The notes beneath the pieces were generated by a model that was given only the letters and a program-made list of their open reading frames with translations, was not told the origin of the DNA and did not search any database. Source: Pristiophorus japonicus (Eukaryota). From it: DNA of 64,000 nt. The position numbers and the translations under genes are program-made. Positions 38,795-51,288 of this stretch are shown in pieces. Each line of letters starts with the position of its first letter. The first letter of the stretch is position 1. The DNA lies in NCBI RefSeq assembly GCF_044704955.1, contig NC_091998.1, forward strand, positions 41,726,001-41,790,000, read 5' to 3'.

Positions 38795-39257
38795 GAAAGA
38801 AAGACTTGCATTTATATAGTGCCTTTCACAACCGCCGGACGTCCGAAAGCGCTTTACAGCCAATGAAGTACTTTTTGGAGTGTAGTCACTGTTGTAATGT
38901 GGGAAACGCAGCAGGCAATTTGCGCACAGCAAGCTCCCACAAGCAGCCATCTGATAATGACCAGATAATCTGTTTTTGTTAATCTGATGTTGATTGAGGG
39001 ATAAATATTGGCCCAGGACACCGGGGATAACTCCCCTGCTCTTCTTCAAAATAGTACCATGGGATCTTTTACATCCACCTGAGAGAGCCTTGGTTTAACG
39101 TCTCATCCAAAAGACAGCACCTCCGACAATGCAGCACTCCCTCAGCACTGCACTGGAGTGTCAGCCTGGATTTATGTGTTCAAGTTCCTGGAGTGGGACA
39201 CAAACCCACAACCTTGTGACTCAGAGGCGAGGGTGCTACCCACTGAGCCACAGCTAA
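38795..39257 (-). mobile_element. DeuSINE-type SINE, full length
   Basis: Complete element in reverse complement. Confidence 0.9.
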
Positions 39258-39409
39258 TGACTCCTTCCTTTGAGGATGAGGGGGAAATTGTACCAGTTCA
39301 AGACAACAGCAGTCCCTTCATCAGTTTGAAGCAGTATGTAATAAGCAGTCATGTGAGTGATACGGTGGTGTAGTGTACTACCTCCAGACTAATTCCAGGC
39401 TACGATCTT

Positions 39410-39820
39410 CCACCCTCTGTAAACTCATCCAAAACTCTGCTGCCCCATGTCTTAACTCACAGCAAGTCCCGTCCCCCATCTCCCCTGCACTCGCTGACCT
39501 ACATTGGCTCTGGTCCTTGTGTTCCAATCCCTCCACGTTCAACAGCCCCCCGAGCTCTCTGTGCTCTTCCAATTCTAGCCTCTTGCATTCCCAACTTCCT
39601 TCTCGCCACCATTGGTGGCCATGCCTTCAGCTGCGGAGGCCCTGAGCTCTGGAATTCCTGCCCCAAACCTCTCCGCCTCTCTGCCCTCCTTTAAGATGCT
39701 CCTTAAAGCCTACCTCTTTGAACAAGCTTTTGGTCAGCTGCGCTAATATTCGTTACGTGGCTCGGTGTCAAATTATGTCCTGTAACACTCCTGTGAAGCG
39801 CCTTGCGACATTTTACCACG
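39410..39820 (+). mobile_element. L2-clade LINE 3' fragment
   Basis: LIQNSAA...LADLHWL motifs and L2 3' UTR. Confidence 0.75.
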
Positions 39821-39821
39821 T

Positions 39822-40528
39822 GGGGGCGAAATTGCTCTGCGCATTCGGGATAACCAATTCGGGGTGGGACGTCCCGCCCCCGTCGCTGAATGGGGCTTAC
39901 CGCCCCTCAAAGGAAGTGGACGCAATCTCGCGCGATGCTAACGGGGTAAGTTGTGCATCGCGACGTGGGTGCACTATGTGGCGCTGACACGCTTCAACGC
40001 TGCCCCCCCCCCCCACCGCCCCCGTCCCCTTCGCTACGCACTCTGCAAGGCCTCTGATGGCCTCCGCTGAACCACCAGGGCAGCGTGCGACCGGGCCTCC
40101 AAAAACACAGGCAGGCGAGCTGACCCGACAGTCGGCAAATAAACTAAGATGGCGGCGCGGGGCACTGGCGATCTCCCCTTTGGCGTTGGCCCCGCGAGCG
40201 GATGGCGGCCAGCTTCACTGACACTCGCTCGCCCCAGCCTCGCCCGGCAGCGGGGCAATTTCCCCCACGGGTCAGAAAAGGGGGTTGGCACGCGGCGCTG
40301 AGGGGTCGTCGGCGCACGGCGATGACGTCATCGGCGGTTATGCGGCGGCCCTGGACGCTACCCGCGAGGCATGGCGTTGCCGCGACAGCGCCTCCACAAA
40401 CTCCCGGGCAGTTTCCCCAGAGCCGTTAGCGCCCCCCACGGGCGAGAAGTGTCTTGCGCCCCAATAGCCCGCCCCCCCCCCCCCCCGGAGGCGCTAACGA
40501 GCCTCTCAAAAAGGGCCAATTTCACCTC
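39822..40528. mobile_element. GC-rich MITE-like element
   Basis: Termini gggggcgaaattg and caatttcacctcc are inverted repeats. Confidence 0.6.
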
Positions 40529-40585
40529 CTAAGCAAATGCAAGTTGCTGCTGGGTGCATTCGCCTCTCTCTTTTCTCCCACACAG

Positions 40586-40644
40586 ACAGTACCAACGTGC
40601 ATCGGTACTGAGCAGAGCCTGTGTCCTTCCCCATGAGGTGGGAG
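40586..40644 (+). CDS. Coding exon 2 (59 nt)
   Basis: Acceptor ctctctcttttctcccacacag|, donor GGAG|gtaggt; (R)QYQRASVLSRACVLPHEVG(G); phases 2 and 1 fit the neighbours. Confidence 0.8.
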
Positions 40645-40962
40645 GTAGGTTAGAGAGAGAGCTACAATCTGGTCCCTCTGACACACCGCCAAGTGGCCGG
40701 TTACAGACTGGTCTGGGCAGCGGTCTGGAAGGACCACTCGGGCAGATATGATGCCGCGAGGGGAAGGGGAGAAAAATAATAAATGTCCTTAAAAAGTATT
40801 TTTTTTAAAACACAGTCATGTGCTTCCATGATAAATTCGATCCGAGAGTTGAGGATTGGCTGGCTGGCCATCTAGCAAGTCAGTAGGCCTGACTCTTCAA
40901 TCAGCTGCTTATCCGCAGTGCCCTGGTACATTTCCATGTTCACACACATTTCCTGCTCTCAG

Positions 40963-41035
40963 GAACATCTCATTTTGAGGTGGATCATTTTCACTGCAGA
41001 AATCACCCAGCAAAGCCAGGGAAGCATAGTTTTCA
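40963..41035 (+). CDS. Coding exon 3 (73 nt)
   Basis: Acceptor atttcctgctctcag|, donor TTCA|gttagt; TSHFEVDHFHCRNHPAKPGKHSF(H); phases 1 and 2 fit. Confidence 0.75.
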
Positions 41036-41042
41036 GTTAGTA

Positions 41043-41476
41043 AAAGAAAGACTTGCATTTCTATAGCGCCTTTCACAACCTTAGGATGCCCCAAAGCGGT
41101 TTACAGCCAATGAAGTACTTTTGGAGTGTAGTCACCATTGTAATGCAGGAAACACGGCAGCCAATTTGCAGCAATGTGACAATGATCAGATAATCTGTTT
41201 TTGTTATGTTGATTGAGGGATAAATATTGGCCCCAGGACACCGGGGAGAACTCCCCCTGCTCTTCTTCGAAATAGTGCCGTGGGATCTTTCAGGTCCTCC
41301 TGAGAGGGCAGACGGGGCCTCGGTTTAACATCTCATCTGAAATTCGACACCTCCGACAGTGTGGCACTCCCTCAGCACTGCACTGGGAGTGTCAGCCTGG
41401 ATTTTTGTGCTGAAGTTCCTGGAGAGGGACTTGAACCCACGACCTTCTGACTCAAAGGCGAGTGTGCTGCCCACTG
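41043..41476 (-). mobile_element. DeuSINE-type SINE
   Basis: Tail starts about 7 nt after the exon 3 donor. Confidence 0.88.
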
Positions 41477-41774
41477 ATTCAAATCATTGCATTTATTTAC
41501 ATAGGTTCAGTACTTTGTCGTAAATCTTTCATGTCCTGTGGTGATAGATTTTCCACCCTCTAGAATTCTCTTTTATTTCTATGGCTGGTGGCTGTGAGTT
41601 AGCACAGGCTGACCCCATTTCACCGTTGGCTCTGTGCATGTGTAACTGGCGGTTAGCTAACTGAGGGCACAGTACTGGAGATAATGTCCTCTTCCGGTTG
41701 CAGTCTCATAATATGCAGTAAATCCCCCTAAAGGAGGTGAAGAGGGACAATGCAAAATGCAGCAAGTTCATATA

Positions 41775-42640
41775 TCTTCTTCTTCATAGGCAGTCCCCGG
41801 AGTCGGGGATGACTTGCTTCCACACTAACACGAGTTCTCAGGTGACTGATGAGACCAATGTGGGATCTACAGTCTCTGTCACAGGTGGGGCAGACGGTGC
41901 TTGGAGGGACGGGTGGGTGGGGGGGCTTGGGTTGTCGTGTGCGCCTTTCGCTGTTTGTACTTGGCTTCCCGCGTGCTCCCGGCGAAGAGACTCGAGGTGT
42001 TCGGCGCCTTCCCGGATGCTTCTCCTCCACTCTGGGCGGTCTTGGGGATGTCGGAGGGGATGTTACATTTTTTCAAGGAGGCTCTGCGGGTGTCCTTGAA
42101 GCGTTTTCACTGCCCTCCTGGGGCTCGCTTGCCATGTCGGAGCTCGGAGTAGAGCGCTTGTTTTGGGAGTCTAGTATCGGGCAATGTGGATGTGGCCCGA
42201 CCACTGGAGCTGATCGAGCGTGGTCAATGCTTCAATGCTGGGGATGTTGGTCTGAGCGAGAACACTGACGTTGGTGCGACTATGCTGCCAATGGATTTGC
42301 AGGATCTTGTGGAGGCAGCATTGGTGGTACTTCTCCAGTGCTTTGAGATGTCTGCTGTACATAGTCCATGTCTCTGAAGAATATAGGAGGGCGGGTATCA
42401 CTACTGCTCTGTAGGCTATGAGATTGGTGCTGGGTTTGCGATCCTGGTCTTTCAATACTCTTTTCCACAGGCAGCCGAAGGCTGTACTGGCGCACTGGAG
42501 GCAGTGTTGGACTTGGTCATCGATGTCTGCCCTGGAGGGCATGTAGGCTCCCATAGTATGGGAAGTGGTCCACGTTGTCCAAGGTCTTGTCATGGATCTT
42601 GATAACCGGGGAGCAGTGCTGTGTGGCGGGGGCTGGTCAT
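41775..42640 (-). mobile_element. RTE-clade LINE 3' fragment
   Basis: YRAVVIPALLYSSETWT...LEKYHQCCLHKILQIHWQ...QLQWSGHI and C-terminal CPTCDRDCRSHIGLISHLRT; (gaa)n tail. Confidence 0.88.
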
Positions 42641-42949
42641 ATATCATGACCCCATAATTGGTTGCACATTCGGCTTCGATAGATCTGAATTTCCCGGAGC
42701 TCAATGTTATTTCCTTCTTCCGTTATGATCTTCAGTAGTATCGACTGCTGATTTAGCGCTCCAAAAACTGGCATTTTTACAGCTTTTCAACAGGAATTTG
42801 CACAGTGCCTCTGACTCAAGGAATGGTTGCCTCAGTAACTAGCTGTTGCTGTCAGGTCACACAGCAGTATTTCATTGGCTGCAGTGTTAGCACCAAAGTT
42901 TGCTCGAATTGTCGGCCTCTGGCCCTGTGTTTTTGCTTGGCTTTTTCAG

Positions 42950-43009
42950 CCATCTGGGAATATGTCAGGAGCTTGCACCGCTCTTTGATTTTATGCCAAG
43001 GCGGTTTAT
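42950..43009 (+). CDS. Coding exon 4 (60 nt)
   Basis: Acceptor tttttgcttggctttttcag|, donor TTAT|gtaagg; HLGICQELAPLFDFMPRRF(I); phases 2 and 2. Confidence 0.8.
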
Positions 43010-43118
43010 GTAAGGCCTTTGGTTTCCCAGTCGAACACACTGCTGTGCTACAGCTCCCCTGGTGGCTCAGTTGTTAGATGTAGCAACCCTGGTGGTTCAG
43101 GCAAGGAACATTCATTGC

Positions 43119-43780
43119 AGGGGGGGGACATTCAGTCTTCTGCCGCCCCTCTTAGCGCCCCGGAGGGGCGGCAGCGTCGGCGGAAAGCACTTGCGCCCGG
43201 GCGGTCAGCTGCCAGCGCCCCACCGGGACATTCGGTGCCGGTATGGACGGGGTGCGGAGCAGTACTGCCTGGGAGAGGCGAGCCGGTGTGCAAGGCCCCT
43301 GCTCGCGACACCGACTCGATTTCTGGTTTCTGCCCGACCCGTAGCGCCCCGCAGCGCCCCCTGGCGGGACCGCCGGTGAAAGCGGGCGCTCCGAGCTGTC
43401 GCGGCCACGGTGAGAGCAGTAATGCCGACCTCAGGGAAGTGCCATTGCTTTTTTAATTTTTTCCCCGCGATTTATGTTGTGGCGGCGTGAGCTATGTATT
43501 GGGAATGTTTTGGTGGGTTTTTCAGGGGTTTATTCCCCCCCCCCCCGACCCCGGCCTCGGTTACAGCGCTCCGAGGCCGGCGGTTTTGCTCAGGACTTTC
43601 CCATGCCCAGCCGGCCTAGCACCCTGAAAGATCCATGCAACGCCTCTCTTAACGCCCCGCTCCATGCTCCGGGCCCAGCTGATGAATGTTGCGGCAACAG
43701 ACTATTTGCCGGCAATAAATTTACCGCTCGGCCCGGGACACTGCCCCAACTGAGGCACGAGCGAATTCTCCCCGCCCCCG
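43119..43780 (+). mobile_element. GC-rich MITE-like element (family of 18538)
   Basis: Body homologous to 18538-19102; ends gcgaattctcccc. Confidence 0.7.
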
Positions 43781-43914
43781 ATGTTCCTTCTCCAGTCTGA
43801 GTGAATTATCTGATCTCATTTGGGTGGCAGCAGCTGTGGACGTTCTTTTAATATTTATTCTTGTGATGTGAGCAATACGAGCAAAGCAGCATTCATTGCC
43901 CGTCTCCACCTAGA

Positions 43915-44397
43915 ATCTACAGCACGGAAACAGGCCATTCGGCCCAACTGCTCCAGGCTGGCATCGATTCGTCATAACAGCCTCCTCCCACCCCGCTTCA
44001 TCTCAACCTTTCAACGCATCCTATTCCCGACTCCAGCCTCCCCATTAAATGCATCGATACTATTCGCCTCAACCACTCCCTGTGGCAGCGAGTTCCACAT
44101 TCTCACCACTCTCTGGATAAAGAAGTTTCTCCTGAATTCCCTATTGGATTTATTAGTGACTATCTTATAATTATGGAGCCTGGTTCTGGTCTCCCGCACA
44201 AGTGGAAATGTCTACCCTATCAAACCCCTTCATCATTTTGCCGACCTCTAACAGGCCACCCTTTGACCTTCTCGTTTCGAGAGAAAAGAGCCTCAGCCTG
44301 TTCAGCATTTCCCAATAAGTACATCCTCTCAGTTCTGGTATCATCCTTGTGAATCTTTCTTGCACCTTCTCCATTGTCTCTATATCCTTTTTTTAGT
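43915..44397 (-). mobile_element. CR1 3' fragment
   Basis: EKVQERFTRMIPELRG and RRNFFIQRVVRMWNSLPQ. Confidence 0.85.
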
Positions 44398-44409
44398 AAC
44401 GTTGTGCAC

Positions 44410-44746
44410 TCTTCTTCTTTCGTATGGTAATAGCAAAGCAAATCAAACGTCAATATCGAAGTCGGATATCCAGGGCCCAAGCTTCCGGTGTGACAGCGTG
44501 GATATCCTGTAGGCTGCCTGTGAATTCCCTGTGAGGGCAGTGCTCGATGATGTGCTCCAGGGTCTGATTAGGAGCTCCACAGTCACATGATGGAGAGGCT
44601 TTAATCTTCCACCAATGGAGAAGGTGGCAGCATCGACCGTGACCGGTTCTGAGGCGGTTGATGGTTGTCCACTGTTTGCGAGGAAGGTTTGATCCTTCAG
44701 GTTGTGCTGTGGGCTCCTCGATAAGGAATCTATTCTGTACGTGCAC
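44410..44746 (-). mobile_element. 3' end of another non-LTR retrotransposon (C-terminal zinc-knuckle region)
   Basis: WTTINRLRTGHGRC...SPSCDCGAPNQTLEHIIEHCP followed by an (aag)n tail; clade not assigned. Confidence 0.7.
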
Positions 44747-45177
44747 TGATGGCCCTGAGGGCCACGTAGTCTGGGACTGGAGTCACGTGTAGGCCAGAGT
44801 GGGTAGGGATAGTAGGGTCTCTGCCCTGCAGGATATGAGGGGACTCACGAGGCGTGTGTGGTGACCACGCTGCTGTCCTGGTCGTTGTTTTCTGGTGACT
44901 GCCCATGAAAAATCAGATGTGATTCAGGGCTTTCCACAGCGAGACTACCTCACTGTCTCAGTCACCGTGGCTTATGTAGGAGCAAAGTCCCCCGGGCTTC
45001 CTCACCCCCTCCTGTCTGCGATCGAGTGAGCTGTGCTGTAACGTGTGTATGTGGAGATGTTAGCTGGAGTAAAGTACAGAGAGTAGGAAATCTGCGATGT
45101 GTTCCCCATCGACCACCTGCCACCATTCACTAAGGGGAAGATTTCCACTTCACACTTTAACAAGATCATTACAGATG

Positions 45178-45743
45178 AGAACATAACAACATAGGAGCAG
45201 GAGTCGGCCATTCGGCCCCTCGAGCCTGCTCCGCCATTCAATCAGATCATGGCTGATCTTCGACCTCAACTCCACTTTCCTGCACTATCGCCATACCCTG
45301 CCATTTCCTTAATATCCAAAAATCTGTCGATCTCTTTCTTGAATATACTCAAAGACTGAGACTCCACAGCCCTCTGGGGTAGAGAATTCCAAAGATTCAC
45401 CCCCCTCTGAGTGAAGAAATTTCTCCTCATCTCAATCCTAAATGTCTGACCCCTTATTCTGAGACTGTGACCCCTGTTTCCAGACTCCCCAGCCCGGGGG
45501 AAACATCCTCCCTGGCATCTACCCTGTCAATCCCTGTAAGAATGTTGTATGTTTCAATGAGATGGCCTCTCATTGTTCTAAACTCTAGCAAATATAGGCC
45601 TAGTCTACGCGATCTCTCCTCATAAGACAATCCCCTCCTCCCAGGAATCAGTCTGGTGAACCCTCATTGCACTCCCTCTATGGCAAGTATATCCTTCCTT
45701 AGGTAAGGAGACCAAAACTGTACACAATACTCCAAGTGTGGTC
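45178..45743 (-). mobile_element. CR1 3' fragment
   Basis: CR1 ORF2 end and 3' UTR in reverse complement. Confidence 0.85.
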
Positions 45744-45749
45744 AGTATC

Positions 45750-48700
45750 TGTCAACTGGGGCTCAGTGGGCAGCACTCTCGCCTCTGAGGCAGCAGGTCG
45801 TGAGTTCGAGTTCCATTCCAGAGACTTGAGCACAAAAATCTAGGCTGACACTCCCAGTGCAGTGCTGAGGGAGTGCTGCACTGTCGGAGGTGCCGTCTTT
45901 CGGATGAGATGAAAAACCGAGGCCCTGTCTGCTCTCTCAGGTGGGTGTAAAAAATCCCATGGCACTATTTTGAAGAAGAGCTGGGGAGTTATCCCCGGTG
46001 TCCTGGGGCCAATATTTGTCCCTCAATCAACTTCACTAAAACAGATTATCTGGTCATTATTGTTGTGTATCTGTAAAGCATGCACTCCCATGTTCCGGCA
46101 CCAGGGAACTCATCCCCTGAAGTCGCAAGGAATCCCAGCATCCCTTGGGAGCACTGTATATAAGCCGGCTCCTAAGGCCTGCCCCTCACTCTGGAGTGTC
46201 TTATTAAAGACTGAGTTCACTGTTACTTTAACCTCCCTGTGTGCAGCCTCATCTGTGTTAGGAACACAACAACTGGCGACGAGTACACGAATCCAACGCA
46301 AAGCTGCAGCAAACTGTCGGCATCCTGGAGAAGTTCTCAGAGGGTGAGGACTGGGAAGCCTATGTCGAACGGTAGCCAATGAGCTGGACGGAGAAGGAAG
46401 CGCTTCAAAAAGGAGAACGGTCCTCCTCACAGTCTGCGGGGCACTGACCTTCAGCCTCATGAAGAATCTTCTGGCACCGGTGAAACCCACAGATAAGTCG
46501 TATGAGGAGCTGTGTACACTGGTTCGGGAGCATCTTAACCCGAGGCTTTGTGTGCTGATGGCGAGGTATCGGTTCTACACGTGCCAGCGATCTGAAGGTC
46601 AGGAAGTGGCGAGCTACGTCGCCGAGCTAAGGCAACTTGCAGGACAATGTGAGTTTGATGGCTACCTGGAGCAAATGCTCAGAGACTTTTTTGTACTGGG
46701 CACTGGCCACGAGACCATCCTACGAAAACTTTTGACTTTAGAGACACCGGCCCTCAGTAAGGCCATTGCGATAGCACAGGCGTTTATGTCCATCAGTGAT
46801 AACACCAAACAAATCTCTCAGCACACAAGTGCTAGCAATGTTCATAAATTAACTGGAACTGTGTTTGCGAGCAGAAATGTACAGGGCAGAAACCATGAGT
46901 CTGCAACTGCCAACAGGCCTCAGGTGACCCAGATGACTCAGAGTCCCCAACAAAGGATGACTGCAAGGCAATTCACACCTTGTTGGCATTGTGGAGGCTT
47001 CCATTCAGCCTATTCGTGCTGCTTCAAAGGGTATGTTTGCAAGAGCTGTGGAACAATGAGGCACCTCCAACGAGCTTGTAAACGAGCTGCAAGCTCTGCA
47101 AAACCTGCTAACCACCACATGGCAGAGGAAGATCGGTCCATGGTGGATCAAAGCAAATTTGAGCCTCAGAGAGAGGAGGCAGATGCTGAAGTACACAGGG
47201 TGAACACATTTTCGACGAAATGTCCACCTATGATGCTAAACTTAAAATTGAATGGCTTACCCGTAGCCATGGAACTGGACACTGGCGCTAGACAATCCAT
47301 CATGAGTAAAAAGATGTTTGCGAGACTGTGGTGCAATAAGGCACTCAGACCAGCCCTGAGCCCCATCCATACGAAACTGAGAACGTACACCAAAGAGCTT
47401 ATCACTGTCCTGGGCAGCGCCATGGTCAAGGTCACCTACAAGGGCACGGTGCACGAACTGCCACTCTGGATTGTCCCGGGCAATGGCCCCACACTGCTTG
47501 GAAGGAGCTGGTTAGGCAAAATCCGCTGGAACTGGGATGACATCCGAGCGCTATCACATGTCGATGAGGCCTTATGTACCCAGATTCTTAACAAATTTCC
47601 TTCCCTTTTTGAGCCAGGCATTGGAAACTTTTCCGAGGCGAAGGTGCGGACCACTTGGTCCCAGAGGCATGACCCATTCACCACAAGGCGCGAGCGGTAC
47701 CTCACATGATGAGGGAGAGAGTGGAAATTGAGCTGGACAGGCTGCAATGCGAGGGCATCAGCTCCCCAGTGGAATTTAGTGAGTGGGCTAGCCCGATTGT
47801 TCCAGTATTCAAAAGTGATGGCACGGTCAGGATTTGCGGCGATTATAAAGTAAGTATTAATCGTTTCTCGCTACAGGACCAATACCCGCTACCTAAGGCA
47901 GACGACCTATTTGCGACTCTGGCAGGAGGCAAGACGTTCACCAAGCTCGACCTGATTTCGGCCTACATGACGCAGGAGCTGGAGGAATCTTCAAAGGGCC
48001 TCACCTGCATCAACGCGCACAAGGGACTGTTCATCTACAACAGATGCCCGTTTGGAATTCGGTCGGCTGCAGCGATCTTCCAGAGAAACATGGAGAGCCT
48101 ACTCAAGTCGGAACCATGCACAGTGGTCTTTCAGGATGACATATTGGTCACGGGTCCGGACACCGCCGAGCACCTACAAAACCTGGAGGAGGTCCTTCAG
48201 TGACTGGATCGCGTAGGGCTGCGGCTGAAGAGCTCAAAATGCGTCTTCATGGCAACAGAAGTGGAGTTTTCGGGGAGAAAGATCGCGGCGGACAGCATTC
48301 GGCCCACAGACACCAAGACAGAGGCTATCAGGAATACGTCCAGGCCACAGAATGTCATGGAGCTGCAGTCGTTCCTGGGACTCCTCAACTATTTTGGTAA
48401 CTTCCTACCGGGGTTAAGCACCCTCTTAGAACTCTTACATGTGTTATTGCGCAGAGGTGAGAACTAGGTATGGGGAAAAAAACCAAGTAATTGCTTTTGA
48501 GAAAGCCAGAAACATTTTATGCTCCAACAAGCTGCTTGTATTGTATAACCCGTGTAAAAGACTTGTATGTGATGCATCGCCGTACGGAGTTGGGTGTGTG
48601 TTACAATAAGCTAACGTTGCGGGGAAGTTGCAACCTGTCGCTTATGCTTCCAGGAACTTGTCTAAGGCCGAGAGGGCCTACAGCATGATTGAGAAAGAGG

Positions 48701-49938
48701 CATTAGCGTGTGTGTTCGGAGTAAAGAAAATGCATCAGAACCTGTTTGGCCTCAAATTTGAGCTGGGCCATGTTTCACCAATGCCGAATTTAAAGAATTC
48801 ATGACCCGCAATGGGATTAAACATGTCACCTCGGCCCCGTTTAAACCAGCCTCCAATGGGCAGGCAGAGCGGGCGTACAAACCATCAAACAGAGCTTTAA
48901 ACGAGTCATAGAAGGCTCACTCCAAACCCGCCTGTCCCGAGTACTGCTCAGCTACTGCACGAGACCCCACTTGCTCACAGGGATGCCCCCAGCTGAGCTA
49001 CTCATGAAAAGGACACTTAAAACCAGACTCTCGCTGGTTCACCCCAACCTGCATGATCAGGTAGAGAGCAGGCGGCAGCAACAAAATGTAAACGATGGTC
49101 GCGCCACTGTGTCACGGGAAATTGATCTGAATGACCCTGTGTATGTGCTAAACTATGGACATGGTCTCAAGTGGATCGCGGGCACGGTGATAGCTAAAGA
49201 AGGGAGTAGGGTGTTTGTAGTCAAACTAGACAATGGACAAATTTGCAGAAAGCACCTGGACCAAACGATGCTGCGGTTCACAGACTGCCCTGAACAACCC
49301 ACAGCAGACACCGCCTTTTTCAAGCCCACAACACACACCCAAAGTATCAACGACACCACGCCGGACCAGGAAATCGAACCCATCATGCCCAACAGCCCAG
49401 TATGGCCAGGCTCACCTAGCAGCCCTGCAGGGCCAACAACACACCAGGCCAGCGAGGGCACAGCGAACACACCAGGACAGACATTTGTACTGAGGCGGTC
49501 CACCAGGGAAAGAAAGGCTCCCGACCGCCTCACCTTGCAAATAGTTTTCACTTTGACTTTGGGGGGGCGGGAGTGATGTTGTGTATCTGTAAAGCATACA
49601 CTCCCATGTTCTGCCACCAGGGAGCTCATCCCCTGAAGTCCCAAGGGATCCCAGCATCCCTTGAGAGCACTGTATATAAGCCGGCCCCTAAGTCCTGTTC
49701 CTCACTCTGGAGTGTCTTATTAAAGACTGAGGTCACTGTGTGCAGCCTCATCTGTGTTAGGAACACAATGTTTATCACATTGCTGTGTGTGGGAGCTTGC
49801 TGTGTGCAAATTGGCTGCCACGTTTCCCACATTACAACAGTGACTACACTCCAACAAAGCACTTCATTAGCTGCAAAGCGCTTTGAGACGACCGGCGGTC
49901 GTGAAAGCCGCGATACAAATGCAAGTCTTTCTTTCTTT
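45750..49938 (+). mobile_element. DeuSINE-type SINE split by the Gypsy provirus (halves 45750-46060 and 49771-49938)
   Basis: ctggtcattat | provirus | tttatcacattgctg restores the SINE consensus. Confidence 0.85.
46061..49770 (+). mobile_element. Ty3/Gypsy LTR retrotransposon, two LTRs, decayed
   Basis: 5' LTR 46061-46271 (tgttgtg...acaaca) and 3' LTR 49577-49770; PBS tggcgacgag 46274-46283; PPT about 49561-49576; TSD attat/tttat; gag zinc knuckle CKSCGTMRHLQRAC, protease ELDTGA, RT RICGDYK...FQDDILV, RNase H CDAS remnant, integrase C-terminal part. Order PR-RT-RH-IN. Confidence 0.95.
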
Positions 49939-50127
49939 CACCAAGGTCCTATTCAGCCCATCTTAATGCAACAATCCGGAAAGTCCCTGCAGTTACTGTG
50001 GCATTCATTATAACAATCCCAGAGTTGCAGTCCCCACGACTCTCGCTAATCCATTCCAGGTGCTGCTTGTTGCAGCAGCCGGGGGCAAGAGCAATTGCTC
50101 TCCGAATGTTCCGTTCGTTCAATTCAG

Positions 50128-50304
50128 CGGACATAAAAATGGCGAGCGTCTTGTGGCAAATTTTGCCATGGGGACCTTCGCCCTACTGAGCTCGTACACC
50201 CAGAGAAAACCCGCCCTTTACTATCAGAGCCTGCACATGAACAAGGAGTACTTGGGCGACGTAGTGATCGTTGCCAGGAGTCCTGGAACCGTCAATGCCT
50301 TTAG
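50128..50304 (+). CDS. Coding exon 5 (177 nt; GC donor)
   Basis: Acceptor ccgttcgttcaattcag|, donor TTTAG|gcaagg; GHKNGERLVANFAMGTFALLSSYTQRKPALYYQSLHMNKEYLGDVVIVARSPGTVNAF(R); phases 2 and 2. Confidence 0.75.
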
Positions 50305-50391
50305 GCAAGGAGGGATGGGGGGAGGGGAACGTTACAATCATCTCATTATCTTATCAGCAATTACACCTCCAGTTCCTCCCATGGAAAATAT

Positions 50392-51235
50392 GGGCGGGAT
50401 TTTCCGCTCCCTTGCGCTCGGGAGTTTCGCCCCGGAGCGATGGGAAAGGCGGCGGTGATGTCTCCTGCGCCCCCCGGCGCGATCCCCGGGTCGGGTTTTG
50501 CGGCGGCGTGGAGCAGCACCGCCGGGAAGAGCTGCCCCGGGTGTGCAACGCCTCTGGTTGTGACACCGGCGCGAGTTTTGCTCTTGCCCGATCCGTCCGC
50601 CTAGAAGTGCGCCGGCAACGACCGCCTGGGAAATCGGAGCGGTCCGGCCTAGCCGGCGGCGGTGAGGAAGCTAAAGTACTCCAAAGGTCAGTGCGAGTGT
50701 TTGTAATTTTATATTTTTGTGCGATTTGTGTGATGGTGGCTTGGGCAATGTTTTGGAAATGTTTCTGAGCTTTTTCCCCACAACCCCGGCCTCTCTCGGA
50801 GCGCTCCCGGCCCGGCTCGTTAACTCAGGAGTTTCCCATGCTAACGCCCTAATAGATCATCATCACCGTCATCATCAGTCCCTCGAGTCGAGGAGCACTT
50901 ACTTCCACCTCAAAAAGTTCACAGCTGTTTGAATGAAGGACCTAATATTCCAGGTCCTGAACTACATGTTGAAGGGCGGAAGATGCCTGTGCGTGAATTT
51001 TTTTAATGTTGTGGTGACCGTTGCACATCAGCCACCACACGGGCTTGACAGAGCTAGGTCTTTACCCAGTGGCAAGTAAGTGTACAACGCCTCCTTTAGC
51101 ACTCCGACCCCTGATGCAGGGCCCAGATGCCCAAACTTACTTCCCAAAGTACAAGCTATTCCCGGCCGCTAACTTTCCCGCTCCGCCTCCGTTTTCGCCC
51201 CGAAAACAGCAACACCTAAAACCCAGTCTGATATA
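50392..51235. mobile_element. GC-rich MITE-like element interrupted by an RTE-tailed element (about 50857-51075, minus)
   Basis: CpG-rich body resembling the other MITEs; the insert has a (cat)n tail and the shared body in reverse complement. Confidence 0.55.
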
Positions 51236-51288
51236 TTTCTCACAAGCAGGATTCCACTTCCACCCATTGTTGCTCTGCGTGCTGACAG

